A stretch of DNA of 39,573 bases from an uncultured Erysipelotrichaceae bacterium (lineage in GTDB: Bacteria > Bacillota_I > Bacilli_A > RF39 > UBA660): contig CACZTI010000032.1 in the NCBI GenBank assembly GCA_902783985.1, positions 1 through 39,573 of the forward strand. Direction: 5' to 3'. Under the pieces are notes generated by a model that had not been told where the DNA came from, ran no database searches, and saw nothing but the letters and a program-made list of their open reading frames with translations. Shown here piece after piece: positions 26,730 to 37,056 of this stretch (the first letter of the stretch is position 1; the number at the start of each line of letters is the position of its first letter). The translations under genes and the position numbers were made by a program.

Positions 26730-27751
26730 AAGGTTTTAATGAACTAATATCTTTGGAAGGAAACAATGGTTACGATTGGGCAGTAGCAAATGATTTCGAG
26801 ACAAATACAGAAACCAAAACTATAACAGTTTCAAATCAAAACTCAAACACAAAATCTGATAATAATTTCGTATATACTGATTCAATGGCATTAACAGATG
26901 GATTTTCATTATTATTTGGTGGCAGCAATAATCAAAAAACTGAAACAATCACTATATATTATTGGACAGCATATATTGATATTACAATAAATAATGAAGG
27001 TTATATTGATTTCAAACTTAATCGTTATAAAAGCGAAAATAAAGATGATAAAAATGGTGAAATAACAGAAACTGAAAATATAACTATTCGAAGTCTTGAA
27101 GATTTTAATAAATGGTTAAAAAAGAACAAATTATCATTAACAGATAACCCACCTGTATCTAGTAGTTATAATAACGACAAAACACAAGCACCAGAAAATA
27201 ATGCATCACAAGAATCTTCTCTTGAAACGAGAATGCTAGCTATGAAAGATGGTGATAAGATAACCGTCTACGATAAAGAGAGTGGTAAAGAAGTAACGAT
27301 AACAAGAAAAGGAAATAAATGGTTATCAGACGATAGTCGAAGAAATAGTTATCGTGTAGATTTATTTACCGATATATATACAACTTCAAAACCACAAACA
27401 AATGCAACGCCAGCAGCTACATCTGTGCAATTTGACTATGAAAAAATTAGAACTAATGGTACAGTGAAAAAAGATGGAAGCATTGTTTTATCAACTGGTC
27501 CAGGTAGTAGTATAACATTATTTCAAGATGGAACAATAAAAACATTAGAGGTAGATTCAAATTATCCAATTTCTCCAGGTGGCATTACAACAACTACTAC
27601 AACAACTAAACAATATGATCAAAACGGCATTTTAGTTACAACATCAAAAGAAATAGCTAAATTTGACCAAAACCATTCTCTGATTGAAATAACAAACGAA
27701 ATATATGATGCAAATAATAATTTAACATCTAGCACTACTAAGGAGTATTAA
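26480..27751 (+). CDS. Hypothetical protein, paralog B with ~210-aa C-terminal extension
   Basis: AGGAGG RBS; shared N-domain; C-terminus contains YD-like turns (YDQNG, FDQNH, YDANN). Confidence 0.8.
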   Translation: MNNYYIEQGNAINQKLNEGSTILIEDLKGKIEKIKEELEKTNDYTAETHINNCIDMCNKINDDLLLKIIDKIELVKKIADTWQEGFNELISLEGNNGYDWAVANDFETNTETKTITVSNQNSNTKSDNNFVYTDSMALTDGFSLLFGGSNNQKTETITIYYWTAYIDITINNEGYIDFKLNRYKSENKDDKNGEITETENITIRSLEDFNKWLKKNKLSLTDNPPVSSSYNNDKTQAPENNASQESSLETRMLAMKDGDKITVYDKESGKEVTITRKGNKWLSDDSRRNSYRVDLFTDIYTTSKPQTNATPAATSVQFDYEKIRTNGTVKKDGSIVLSTGPGSSITLFQDGTIKTLEVDSNYPISPGGITTTTTTTKQYDQNGILVTTSKEIAKFDQNHSLIEITNEIYDANNNLTSSTTKEY

Positions 27752-27779
27752 AAAAAATCAAGAAAATCTTGATTTTTTT
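27751..27779. terminator. Bidirectional terminator closing the island
   Basis: AAAAAAATCAAGA-aaa-TCTTGATTTTTTT. Confidence 0.75.
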
Positions 27780-27824
27780 ATTTTATCTTTGTTCTATTTA
27801 AATATAACAATTCATATTATATAA

Positions 27825-28349
27825 TCATTTTTTAACTACTTCCATATATATTGAATCAATATATTTACCATCTCTAAATAATGCTTCACATCTTCTTCCA
27901 AACTCTTTAAATCCACATTTATTATAACATTTAATAGCTCTTATATTATCACCATAGACAGTTAACATAATATTATGAAGTCTTATATTATTAAAAGCAT
28001 AATTAATCAATAATTTAATCGCTTCACTACCATATCCTTTTGATAAATTATCTTCTTCACCAATAAAAATACCAAGTTCTGCAGATCCATTTTTATAATC
28101 TATATTATTTAATCCAATATTACCTATTAATTCATTATTATCTACTTTAACAATTGAAAAAATAAATTCTTCATATGATAATCTTTCTAATATTTCTTTT
28201 TCTTTATTTAAAGATAATAACTGATTTTGCATTGTCAAATATTTATTTATATTAGAATTATTAAGCCATTTTGTATAAATTGGATAATCATCAATATTAA
28301 TTGGAGATAAATATACATTTTCTCCTTCTAATCTCTTAAAATATTTCAT
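27825..28349 (-). CDS. GNAT N-acetyltransferase (RimJ/RimL-like)
   Basis: AELGIFIG, KGYGSEA, N.RAI.CY.K.GF. Confidence 0.88.
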   Translation of the reverse strand: MKYFKRLEGENVYLSPINIDDYPIYTKWLNNSNINKYLTMQNQLLSLNKEKEILERLSYEEFIFSIVKVDNNELIGNIGLNNIDYKNGSAELGIFIGEEDNLSKGYGSEAIKLLINYAFNNIRLHNIMLTVYGDNIRAIKCYNKCGFKEFGRRCEALFRDGKYIDSIYMEVVKK

Positions 28350-29283
28350 TTTTTTTACTCTCCTTTATTCTATTAGCCATTTCTCTAATTTTTCTAAAAC
28401 GATGATTTAAACCAGATTTAGTAATATTTTTATTCAACTCATTACTCATAATCTCACTTAATTCTTGTAAAGAACTTTCTGGGTATTGGATTCTATATTT
28501 ACAAACTTCTTTTATTTTATCATCTAATAATTCTTCTCCAAATACCTTCATAATTATATTTATATCATTTATTTGATCTAACGCAGTATTAATTGTTTTT
28601 TCAATATTAGCTTGTTCCATATTATTTAATCTATTAGTCATATTCTTATGATCTCTATATATCCTTATATCTTCATAATACATTACTGCATTACTAGCAC
28701 CGATAATTCTTAAAAAATCACCAATTTTCTCAGCTTCTTTTATATAAACCATATATTTTTTATCTTTAAGAATAACCTTACTATTTAACAAATAACTATT
28801 TAATAAATCATTAACAAAATAGGCTTCATCTACCTTTTCAATAAAAAACTCTAAATGATATCTACTTGTCTTGGGATCATTTACACTTCCACATGATAGA
28901 AATATTCCTCTTAAATAAGCTCTTTTATCATCTTCATTTTCAATCATATAATTACTAATAACTTTTTTGTATTTCAAATTATCATCAATTACCTGCAAAT
29001 CTTTTAAAACAAAAATTATATCACCAGTAGCCTGAATTAAATATAATCTATTTCTATTAAAAGCATTATCTCTATCAGTTATAGTAACAGATAAATTATA
29101 TATATCAGATAATAATAAATATACTCTTCTAGCTACTTTAGAATTTTCAGTAGATATAACTATTTTATTTTCATCATATTTAGCGTTATTTCTAACTATC
29201 GCTGATAAAGTTGACATTTCTTCATCTTTTGTTCCTGTATAAAACGCTATTTCATTTTTTATATTACTTGTAAATGATATCAT
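28336..29283 (-). CDS. whiA: DNA-binding protein WhiA
   Basis: SFT..IKNE, YLRG.FL..GSVNDP....YHLE, NRL.N.E.AN..K, KSGLNHRFRK. Confidence 0.95.
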   Translation of the reverse strand: MISFTSNIKNEIAFYTGTKDEEMSTLSAIVRNNAKYDENKIVISTENSKVARRVYLLLSDIYNLSVTITDRDNAFNRNRLYLIQATGDIIFVLKDLQVIDDNLKYKKVISNYMIENEDDKRAYLRGIFLSCGSVNDPKTSRYHLEFFIEKVDEAYFVNDLLNSYLLNSKVILKDKKYMVYIKEAEKIGDFLRIIGASNAVMYYEDIRIYRDHKNMTNRLNNMEQANIEKTINTALDQINDINIIMKVFGEELLDDKIKEVCKYRIQYPESSLQELSEIMSNELNKNITKSGLNHRFRKIREMANRIKESKKNEIF

Positions 29284-30062
29284 ACTTCACCATTATATTT
29301 ATCTTTCTTCTTGCTTATAACAATTAATATTAAACCAATAATAAACAATACAATCGAAATAACTTGAGCCATTCTTAAATTACCTAACATCAAACTATCG
29401 GTTCTTAAAGATTCTACAAAAAATCTAACTATACTATACCACATAAAATATAATCCTGTAATAACACCAATATGAATCTTTTTATTTTTTCTTAAAATCA
29501 TTAAAATAATAAAACCAATTAAATTAAAGAAAGATTCATATAAAAATGTAGGATGATAATAATTACCATTAATATACATACCATTTATAATAAATTCAGG
29601 TAAATGTAGACTTTCTAAAAAACTTCTTGTGACAATACCACCATGAGCTTCACTATTAAAGAAATTTCCCCATCTACCAATAATTTGACCTATCATTAAA
29701 GCAGGCGCACAAATATCTAACATTAAAAAGAAATCTATTTTTTTCTTTTTACAATAAATAAATATTGCCAATACTGCACCTATAATACCACCATGAATAG
29801 CAAGACCACCATTCCATACTTCAAGTATCTCTATTGGATTATTTAGATAATAATCAAGATTAAATAAAACATAATAAAGTCTAGCTCCTAAAAAACCAAA
29901 TACTATAGCATAAAAAGCCATGTTTTCAAAATAATCAATATTTATTTTTTTTCTTTTAATCTCAATATAAGCTACAATAACCCCTAATAATACACCTAAA
30001 AACATAGTAATAGAGTACCAATAAATCTTAATAAAACCTAAATCTAATAAAACTCTATCCAT
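29280..30062 (-). CDS. lgt: Prolipoprotein diacylglyceryl transferase
   Basis: GARLYYV, GGLAIHGG, GRWGNFFN.E, HPTFLYES. Confidence 0.96.
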   Translation of the reverse strand: MDRVLLDLGFIKIYWYSITMFLGVLLGVIVAYIEIKRKKINIDYFENMAFYAIVFGFLGARLYYVLFNLDYYLNNPIEILEVWNGGLAIHGGIIGAVLAIFIYCKKKKIDFFLMLDICAPALMIGQIIGRWGNFFNSEAHGGIVTRSFLESLHLPEFIINGMYINGNYYHPTFLYESFFNLIGFIILMILRKNKKIHIGVITGLYFMWYSIVRFFVESLRTDSLMLGNLRMAQVISIVLFIIGLILIVISKKKDKYNGEV

Positions 30063-30168
30063 AATTCCTCCGCAAAAATAGTATATCATATTTTACATTA
30101 TTTCCCAAAAAAACTTTATTAAATAAAAAAAATATATTATAATTATTATAGAGGTGATAAATAATTAA

Positions 30169-31158
30169 ATGGAATCGAAAAAGAAAAAATATACAATTAT
30201 AGGTATAATTATATTATTAGCGTTAGCTATAGGAATAATAACAACAATAATAATCAATAATTCATCAGGTGAAACACCAATTAAAGATACAGAAACTAAC
30301 AAAGAAAATATTACTCCACTAATGTATGAAGTAACAAAAGAAGGAAGTAACAATAAAATATATTTATTTGGAAGTATTCATATGGCAGATACTGATAAAT
30401 TTAATTTTCCTGATTATCTAACAAATGCATACAATAAAAGCCAATACCTTGCATGTGAATTTGATATAGTAGAATATCAAAAAGATCAAGAAAAAATGCT
30501 ACAAGGAATACAAGATTTAATTTATAATGATGGAACAACAATAAAAGATCACTTAAGTAAAGATACATATAATAAACTTGTTACTTTTCTAAAAGAAAAA
30601 GAAATGTATACTGAGATGTATGATATATATAAACCAATATATTTTGAGTCATTAATCACATCAATTATGGCCAATGAAGCCAAAATAAAAATAAATGATG
30701 GTATTGATACATATTTCTTAGATAAAGCAAAAACAGATAATAAAACTATACTAGAAGTAGAATCATATGATTATCAAATAAAATTATTATCAGCATTTAG
30801 TGATCAATTATATGAATTATTAATTTCAGATTTATTGGATAAATATGATGAAGAGGTACAATCACTAAAAGATCTATATGATGCTTGGAAAAAAGGTGAT
30901 ATTGAAAGAATAGTTAAAGCTTCTAATGATGAATTAGAAATAAAAAGTAACTACACCAAAGAAGAAATTAATATCATTAAAGATTATAATAAAAAATTAC
31001 TAGATGATAGAAATATTAATATGACAAACAAATTAATAGATTATTTTAATAATAATTATGATACTTTTTATATGGTAGGTGCAGCCCACTTAGTTGGAGA
31101 TAAAGGTATAGCAAAGCTACTACAAGAAAAAGGATATAATGTTAAACAAATGAGATAG
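30169..31158 (+). CDS. TraB/GumN (TIKI-like) family membrane-anchored protein
   Basis: N-terminal TM; YLFGSIH, GID, E....Q, RN..M, VGAAHL. Confidence 0.88.
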   Translation: MESKKKKYTIIGIIILLALAIGIITTIIINNSSGETPIKDTETNKENITPLMYEVTKEGSNNKIYLFGSIHMADTDKFNFPDYLTNAYNKSQYLACEFDIVEYQKDQEKMLQGIQDLIYNDGTTIKDHLSKDTYNKLVTFLKEKEMYTEMYDIYKPIYFESLITSIMANEAKIKINDGIDTYFLDKAKTDNKTILEVESYDYQIKLLSAFSDQLYELLISDLLDKYDEEVQSLKDLYDAWKKGDIERIVKASNDELEIKSNYTKEEINIIKDYNKKLLDDRNINMTNKLIDYFNNNYDTFYMVGAAHLVGDKGIAKLLQEKGYNVKQMR

Positions 31159-31169
31159 GAGAGAAAAAT

Positions 31170-31811
31170 ATGAATAATGAAGGATTTATCGGAATAATCA
31201 CAGATGATGTAAAAAAAACTGTTGAAAGAATATATGAATTAGGAATAAATACCATTGTAAAATGCATGAGTAAAGAAGCAATAGATTTCTTTACTGACTT
31301 AAAATACACATGGTGTTCACCAAAAGCAGTCAAATTCTATAGCGAACATGCTGCTCCATTAGTTGATACAATAAATTATATTTCAGATGAAATTATCAAT
31401 ATATGTAAAAAGGTAGAAGAAGCCCACAATATTATGTCGACATCCAATAACTCCGACCTAGTTATTGTTGATATGCCAAACTACAAGTTATTATCTCTAC
31501 CACAATTATTGGATAACCTAAACGAAATACGTGGAATGAATGTAACAAAAGTAAAAAACAGAACTAGACAATTTAAAGAATTGATGAAAATATCAATTGG
31601 AAAATTAGAAGATTTACCAATTAGAATTTCTTTATTTGATCCTGGTCGTGATTTAGCAATTACTTATCGACACATGTTAGATGAAATGAAAGAAAAAGCA
31701 ACAGCAGAAATTGATGCAATTGTAGAAAAAATTACTAAAGATGCGGAAACTGAAGTAGATCAAGTTATTCTTTCAAAAGAATATGCCGAATCCGTATTAT
31801 CAAATAAATAA
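31170..31811 (+). CDS. All-helical hypothetical protein with WXG100-like N-half
   Basis: W-C-S-P-K-A turn at residue ~48 between two long helices; no signal peptide; AGGAG RBS. Confidence 0.5.
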   Translation: MNNEGFIGIITDDVKKTVERIYELGINTIVKCMSKEAIDFFTDLKYTWCSPKAVKFYSEHAAPLVDTINYISDEIINICKKVEEAHNIMSTSNNSDLVIVDMPNYKLLSLPQLLDNLNEIRGMNVTKVKNRTRQFKELMKISIGKLEDLPIRISLFDPGRDLAITYRHMLDEMKEKATAEIDAIVEKITKDAETEVDQVILSKEYAESVLSNK

Positions 31812-31830
31812 TTAAATATAGATAATTACA

Positions 31831-31860
31831 AAAAAAACAGATATTTCCCATATCTGTTTT
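31831..31860. terminator. Bidirectional terminator
   Basis: AAAACAGATAT-ttccc-ATATCTGTTTT. Confidence 0.75.
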
Positions 31861-34666
31861 ATAATACTCTTTTTAAGAACTCTCCTGTATAACTATTTGC
31901 AATTTTACTAACCTCTTCTGGTGTTCCTGAAGCAACTATATTACCTCCACCACTTCCTCCTTCTGGTCCTAAATCAATAATATAATCAGCAACCTTTATA
32001 ACATCCAAATTATGTTCAATAACAATTACTGTATCACCATTATCTACTATTCTTTGTAAAATTACAAGAAGTCTTTTAATATCATCAGTATGAAGTCCTG
32101 TAGTTGGTTCATCTAAAATAAATAAACTCTTACCTGTAGGTTTCTTTTGAAGTTCCTTTGCAAGTTTAACCCTTCCTGCTTCACCACCTGACAATGTTGT
32201 CGCACTTTGACCTAGTTTTACATAACCTAATCCAACATCTTCCATTGTCTGTAATTTATGTTTAATTTTAGGAACATTACTAAAGAATTCTAAAGCTTCA
32301 CTAACTCTCATATCAAGTACATCAGAAATATTTTTCCCTTTATATTTAATAGATAAAGTTTCACTATTATAACGAGTTCCATGACATACCTCACAAGGTA
32401 CGTAAACATCTGGTAAAAAATGCATCTCTATTTTTTTTACACCATCACCCCAACATGCTTCACAACGACCACCTTTAACATTAAAAGAAAATCTATTCTT
32501 ACCATATCCTAACATTTTAGCTTCTTTAGTATTTGTAAATAATTCTCTAATATCATCAAAAACACCTGTATATGTTGCGGGATTACTTCTTGGAGTTCTT
32601 CCAATAGGATTTTGACTAATAAAAACTAATTTATCGATATTATCCATTCCCTTTATTTTATCAAATTCCATTGGTTTTTCTTTTGATTTATATAATTTTT
32701 GACTTAAAGCTTTCATTAATATTTCATTAACTAAACTACTTTTACCACTTCCAGATACACCAGTAACACAAGTAAATGTATTAAGTGGAAATTTAACCGT
32801 TATATTATTTAAATTATTAGCGCGAGCCCCTATTACTTCCAAATATTTCTTATTACCTTTTCTTCTAACTTTAGGAACCTCTACCTTTAATTCACCTTTT
32901 AAATATTTACCAGTTAAACTATTAGGATTATTCATAACTTCTTCTGGTGTTCCAGAAGCTACAACATACCCTCCATCATCACCAGCTCCAGGACCAATAT
33001 CTACTAAATAATCAGCCGCCAACATGGTATCAGTATCATGTTCTACAACAATTAAAGTATTCCCTAAATCTCTCATTTCTTGCAATGATTTAATAAGTTT
33101 TTCATTATCTTTTTGATGTAATCCAATACTTGGTTCATCAAGTACATATAAAACACCAGTAAGACGAGAACCAATTTGTGTAGCAAGTCTAATTCTTTGA
33201 CTTTCACCACCTGATAATGTACCTGCACTTCTTGAAAGTGTTAAATAGTCAAGTCCTACATTATGTAAAAAATTAAGACGATTTTTTATTTCATTAATTA
33301 AAAGTCCAGCAATATCTTCTTCTTTCTTTGTTAATTTTAAATCATCAAACCAATTAATTAAATCAATAATAGACATACAAGTGACATTATAAATATTTTT
33401 TTTATTAACAAAAATGTTTAAAACACTATCATCAAGTCTTGCACCATGACATTTTGGACATTCTAGTTCAATCATATAATTAGATAACCAATCTCTAATC
33501 CATTCACTTGTAGTATCCATATATCTTCTTTCAAGATTATTAATAACACCTTCATAATATGAAATACTTTTATTTACATTACCACTCTTTGTTGTAATTT
33601 TAAATTCTATTAAATCATTTGATCCATATAAAATAATATTTTGTTTATCCATTGATATTTTATTAAATGGTTTATTCATATCAATTTTATATTTTTTACA
33701 TACAATCTCTAATTTCTTATAATCAATTGATTCCTTATCATCTGATAAAGTAACAATACAATTTTCATTTAAACTCTTTTCTTTATCTGGAATAACCAAA
33801 TCAGGATCTATTTTAAGTTTTGTTCCTAATCCTTTACATTCCTTACAAGCTCCATATGGACTATTAAAACTAAATAATCTTGGTTCTAGTTCTGGTAAAG
33901 AATAATCACATATAGGGCAAGCATATTTAGTAGAAAATAAAACTTCTTTATCACCAACAATATCTATTACTACTTTACCATCAGCCTTATTAGTTGCAAG
34001 TTCTATTGCTTCAAATAATCTACTTCTAATATCTTCTTTAATTACTATTCTATCAATAATAATATCTATTTTATCTTTAATATTTTTATCTAAAACAATA
34101 TCTTCTGATAAATCAATTACATCCCCATTAACTCTAACTCTTACAAAACCTTCTCTTCTTAAAGTTTCAAATAAATCCTTATGAGTTCCTTTTTCTCCAT
34201 GAACAACTGGTGACATAATAACCATTTTAGTACCTAAAGGATATTCCAATAATTTATTAACAATCTCTTCAACACTTTGACTTTTAATTGGAATATGATG
34301 ATTAGGACAATAAGGAACACCTATTCTTGCAAACAAAAGTCTTAAATAATCATATATTTCTGTAACAGTACCAACTGTACTTCTTGGATTATTATTAATA
34401 GATTTTTGATCAATACTAATACTAGGAGATAAACCTTCTATACTATCAACATCAGGTTTTTCACTTCCTCCTAAAAATTGTCTAGCATAAGAAGAAAGAC
34501 TTTCAATATAACGACGTTCTCCTTCAGCATAAATAGTATCAAAAGCAAGACTACTCTTACCACTACCTGATAATCCCGTCATAACAATTAATTTATTTTT
34601 TGGCAATACTAAATCAATATTCTTTAAATTATTTTCTCTTGCACCTTTTATAATAATATTTTCCAT
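31859..34666 (-). CDS. uvrA: Excinuclease ABC subunit A
   Basis: Two GxSGSGKS Walker A motifs, LSGGE signatures, Zn fingers; start moved to ATG 34666 after GGAG. Confidence 0.97.
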   Translation of the reverse strand: MENIIIKGARENNLKNIDLVLPKNKLIVMTGLSGSGKSSLAFDTIYAEGERRYIESLSSYARQFLGGSEKPDVDSIEGLSPSISIDQKSINNNPRSTVGTVTEIYDYLRLLFARIGVPYCPNHHIPIKSQSVEEIVNKLLEYPLGTKMVIMSPVVHGEKGTHKDLFETLRREGFVRVRVNGDVIDLSEDIVLDKNIKDKIDIIIDRIVIKEDIRSRLFEAIELATNKADGKVVIDIVGDKEVLFSTKYACPICDYSLPELEPRLFSFNSPYGACKECKGLGTKLKIDPDLVIPDKEKSLNENCIVTLSDDKESIDYKKLEIVCKKYKIDMNKPFNKISMDKQNIILYGSNDLIEFKITTKSGNVNKSISYYEGVINNLERRYMDTTSEWIRDWLSNYMIELECPKCHGARLDDSVLNIFVNKKNIYNVTCMSIIDLINWFDDLKLTKKEEDIAGLLINEIKNRLNFLHNVGLDYLTLSRSAGTLSGGESQRIRLATQIGSRLTGVLYVLDEPSIGLHQKDNEKLIKSLQEMRDLGNTLIVVEHDTDTMLAADYLVDIGPGAGDDGGYVVASGTPEEVMNNPNSLTGKYLKGELKVEVPKVRRKGNKKYLEVIGARANNLNNITVKFPLNTFTCVTGVSGSGKSSLVNEILMKALSQKLYKSKEKPMEFDKIKGMDNIDKLVFISQNPIGRTPRSNPATYTGVFDDIRELFTNTKEAKMLGYGKNRFSFNVKGGRCEACWGDGVKKIEMHFLPDVYVPCEVCHGTRYNSETLSIKYKGKNISDVLDMRVSEALEFFSNVPKIKHKLQTMEDVGLGYVKLGQSATTLSGGEAGRVKLAKELQKKPTGKSLFILDEPTTGLHTDDIKRLLVILQRIVDNGDTVIVIEHNLDVIKVADYIIDLGPEGGSGGGNIVASGTPEEVSKIANSYTGEFLKRVL

Positions 34667-34719
34667 AACTAACTCCAAATCCATATTATTGTACCACAAA
34701 ATATCAAATTCATACAAAA

Positions 34720-35292
34720 TTATTTTAAACTAAAGTATTTTTTTAACTCTAATATTGTTAATTTATGATAAAAAACAAATAACATTACTAAAACTATTAT
34801 TGCCAAACTAAAAGAAACAATAATTGCCCAATTAAAAGGTAAAACCCTTAATATAGATAAGATCCCAATAATAATTGAACATAAAGATGAAAAAAGCATC
34901 ATTACAATCATATATTTATGATAATTATAATTAATAAAAAAAGAAATTATTTGTAACAATAAAAGAATATATATTAAAATATCATTAACTAAAAAAGACC
35001 AATTTGTATTATTAATTAAATCTATATAATAAAAATAAATAATTATTAATAAAAATATAAAACAAACACGGTATATCATTATATTATCAACTAAAAATCT
35101 TTTAAAAAAAATAAAATATAATATTACCTCACCAAATAACACATAAAAACACCAAAGACTTCCCCCTAATGATAAATTAACAATTAAACAACATATAAAT
35201 GATATTATAAAGATAATTCCAACTACTTTTTTTATTAACAAAAAATAATTAATTTTTTTATTTATTGAAGGATAATTATTTTCGATATTCAT
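34720..35292 (-). CDS. Multi-pass membrane protein (DUF6320-like partner of the acyltransferase)
   Basis: YP near N-terminus, about 6 TM, C-terminal ELKKYF.L. Confidence 0.55.
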   Translation of the reverse strand: MNIENNYPSINKKINYFLLIKKVVGIIFIISFICCLIVNLSLGGSLWCFYVLFGEVILYFIFFKRFLVDNIMIYRVCFIFLLIIIYFYYIDLINNTNWSFLVNDILIYILLLLQIISFFINYNYHKYMIVMMLFSSLCSIIIGILSILRVLPFNWAIIVSFSLAIIVLVMLFVFYHKLTILELKKYFSLK

Positions 35293-36754
35293 ATTCCTCA
35301 CTTCCTTTAATATTAATAATTAGATTTTCTTTTTTTAATAAATTATATAAATTATTTTCAAATGATTTATTTGTTGTAAATTTAGATATTGAAAGTGTCA
35401 ATACCTTATTTATAGTTATAATAGAAACTAAAACTCTATTAGATAAATTTGTTCCCAAAACAAAATCACCACTTGTTACACTTGATTTCATCGAATTAGG
35501 CAAAATAATATTTCCTAAATTAGACACGACTATTGTACTTGATTTATCACTAAAATATTTAAAAATGAAATTAGCAAGGGGTTTTTTAATAAATAATGGA
35601 ATAAAACTAAGATAGTGAACCAAATTTTTAGCATTTAACATAACACCATCCATTACTTCTTTACTCAATTTTTCATTTGATTGCTGTCTTACTTCTTTTA
35701 AAATATTATCAATATTATTTAAATTTTTTTTATTTATACTTATTGTATTATATAGAGAAAAATTTCTAATAGTATTAATTTTATAATATTTTCTCATATC
35801 AACGGGAACCTGTATTTTTATATTTCCATTTTTACTTGTACAAATACCTATTACCATAAATAAATATGATAATATTAATTGATTTATTGTAACATTTTTT
35901 TTATGTGCAATAACATGTATTTTATCTAAATCTATATCAAAGTGTATAACTTGACATGGTTTTATTGAAGATAATCTACCATCTATTTGTAAAGTTCTCT
36001 TATCAATTAATGATATTTTTTTTATATTCTTATCAATAGAAGTTTTCAAAAAAGCATCTTCATTTTCAAAATTTGATGATTTTAGCAAAGTATTCCATGC
36101 ATATTCATTGTAATTTACTTTTTTACCAAGTAATCTTAAATATTCATTAACCAAACTAGTCAAAAAAATCATCCCTCCATGAGCATCACATATTAAATGA
36201 AAATATTCACAACTTATTCTATTTTTATAATAAATTACCCGAAATGCACTTTTATTAACTTTTGAAATATTTAATCTAGAACATGGAATATTATCTTCTT
36301 TATAAACCTTAATTCTTATATTTTGATAATCTAAATAATTCCAAAAAAAACCTTTATGTATACTAGTTGAAAATAAAGGAAATCTTCTAATAGTATAATT
36401 AAGAGCCATTTGCAAAACTATTTCATTAATATCATCATTTAAATACAAAGATAATCTAAAAACACTCATCCATTCTTCATTCATTGAAAGAGGATAAATT
36501 TTAGATGATGTATCTAAACTATACCATTTACTTTCATCTTTTTTAAATACTTCTATTGGTATTAATTTTAAAATATTACTTACTTTCATTTTCATATCAT
36601 AACAAAATAATATATATTTCATAAAATCATTAATAACCTGTATTTTATCCTTTTTACTATATTTAATATCTTTTAAATTATTAAAATAATTTATAATTAT
36701 CTTTTGATCATTTTTATTAAAATTATTGTAAAAATCACTAACATTGTCCATCAA
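35276..36754 (-). CDS. CoA-dependent acyltransferase (alcohol acetyltransferase/condensation-like)
   Basis: W..LD...KIYP, FRLS, RFP.F.....GFFW.Y, H-x-x-x-D (HLICDAHGG), PVD.R, SNLG. Confidence 0.75.
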   Translation of the reverse strand: MMDNVSDFYNNFNKNDQKIIINYFNNLKDIKYSKKDKIQVINDFMKYILFCYDMKMKVSNILKLIPIEVFKKDESKWYSLDTSSKIYPLSMNEEWMSVFRLSLYLNDDINEIVLQMALNYTIRRFPLFSTSIHKGFFWNYLDYQNIRIKVYKEDNIPCSRLNISKVNKSAFRVIYYKNRISCEYFHLICDAHGGMIFLTSLVNEYLRLLGKKVNYNEYAWNTLLKSSNFENEDAFLKTSIDKNIKKISLIDKRTLQIDGRLSSIKPCQVIHFDIDLDKIHVIAHKKNVTINQLILSYLFMVIGICTSKNGNIKIQVPVDMRKYYKINTIRNFSLYNTISINKKNLNNIDNILKEVRQQSNEKLSKEVMDGVMLNAKNLVHYLSFIPLFIKKPLANFIFKYFSDKSSTIVVSNLGNIILPNSMKSSVTSGDFVLGTNLSNRVLVSIITINKVLTLSISKFTTNKSFENNLYNLLKKENLIINIKGSEEYEYRK

Positions 36755-36802
36755 GAATCACCAAATAATATTTTACAATTATTTAGAAAAAAAAGAAAGT
36801 CA

Positions 36803-37048
36803 TTAAAAACTTTCTATATTTATTTTTACTCTTTTATTATCTTGTAAATAACTATTAGCTTGAACCAACACTCTAATTGCATTAGCAATTTTACCGTTTT
36901 TACCAATAACTTTTCCCATATCATCATTTGATACCAAAACTTCAATAATCATTTCTTTATCATCTTCTGATGGAAATTCTTTAACAGTAACAGCATCTTT
37001 ATCAGTTACTAAACTTTTTACAAGATATTCTGTCATTTCAACTAACAT
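36803..37048 (-). CDS. khpA: KH-domain RNA-binding protein KhpA (YlqC)
   Basis: DMGKVIGKNG..A.AIR; follows rpsP. Confidence 0.92.
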   Translation of the reverse strand: MLVEMTEYLVKSLVTDKDAVTVKEFPSEDDKEMIIEVLVSNDDMGKVIGKNGKIANAIRVLVQANSYLQDNKRVKINIESF

Positions 37049-37056
37049 AAATACTC

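Noticed and set aside
23238-27751. Island as prophage remnant or mobile element
   Set aside because: No integrase, transposase, phage structural motif or flanking att repeats were seen
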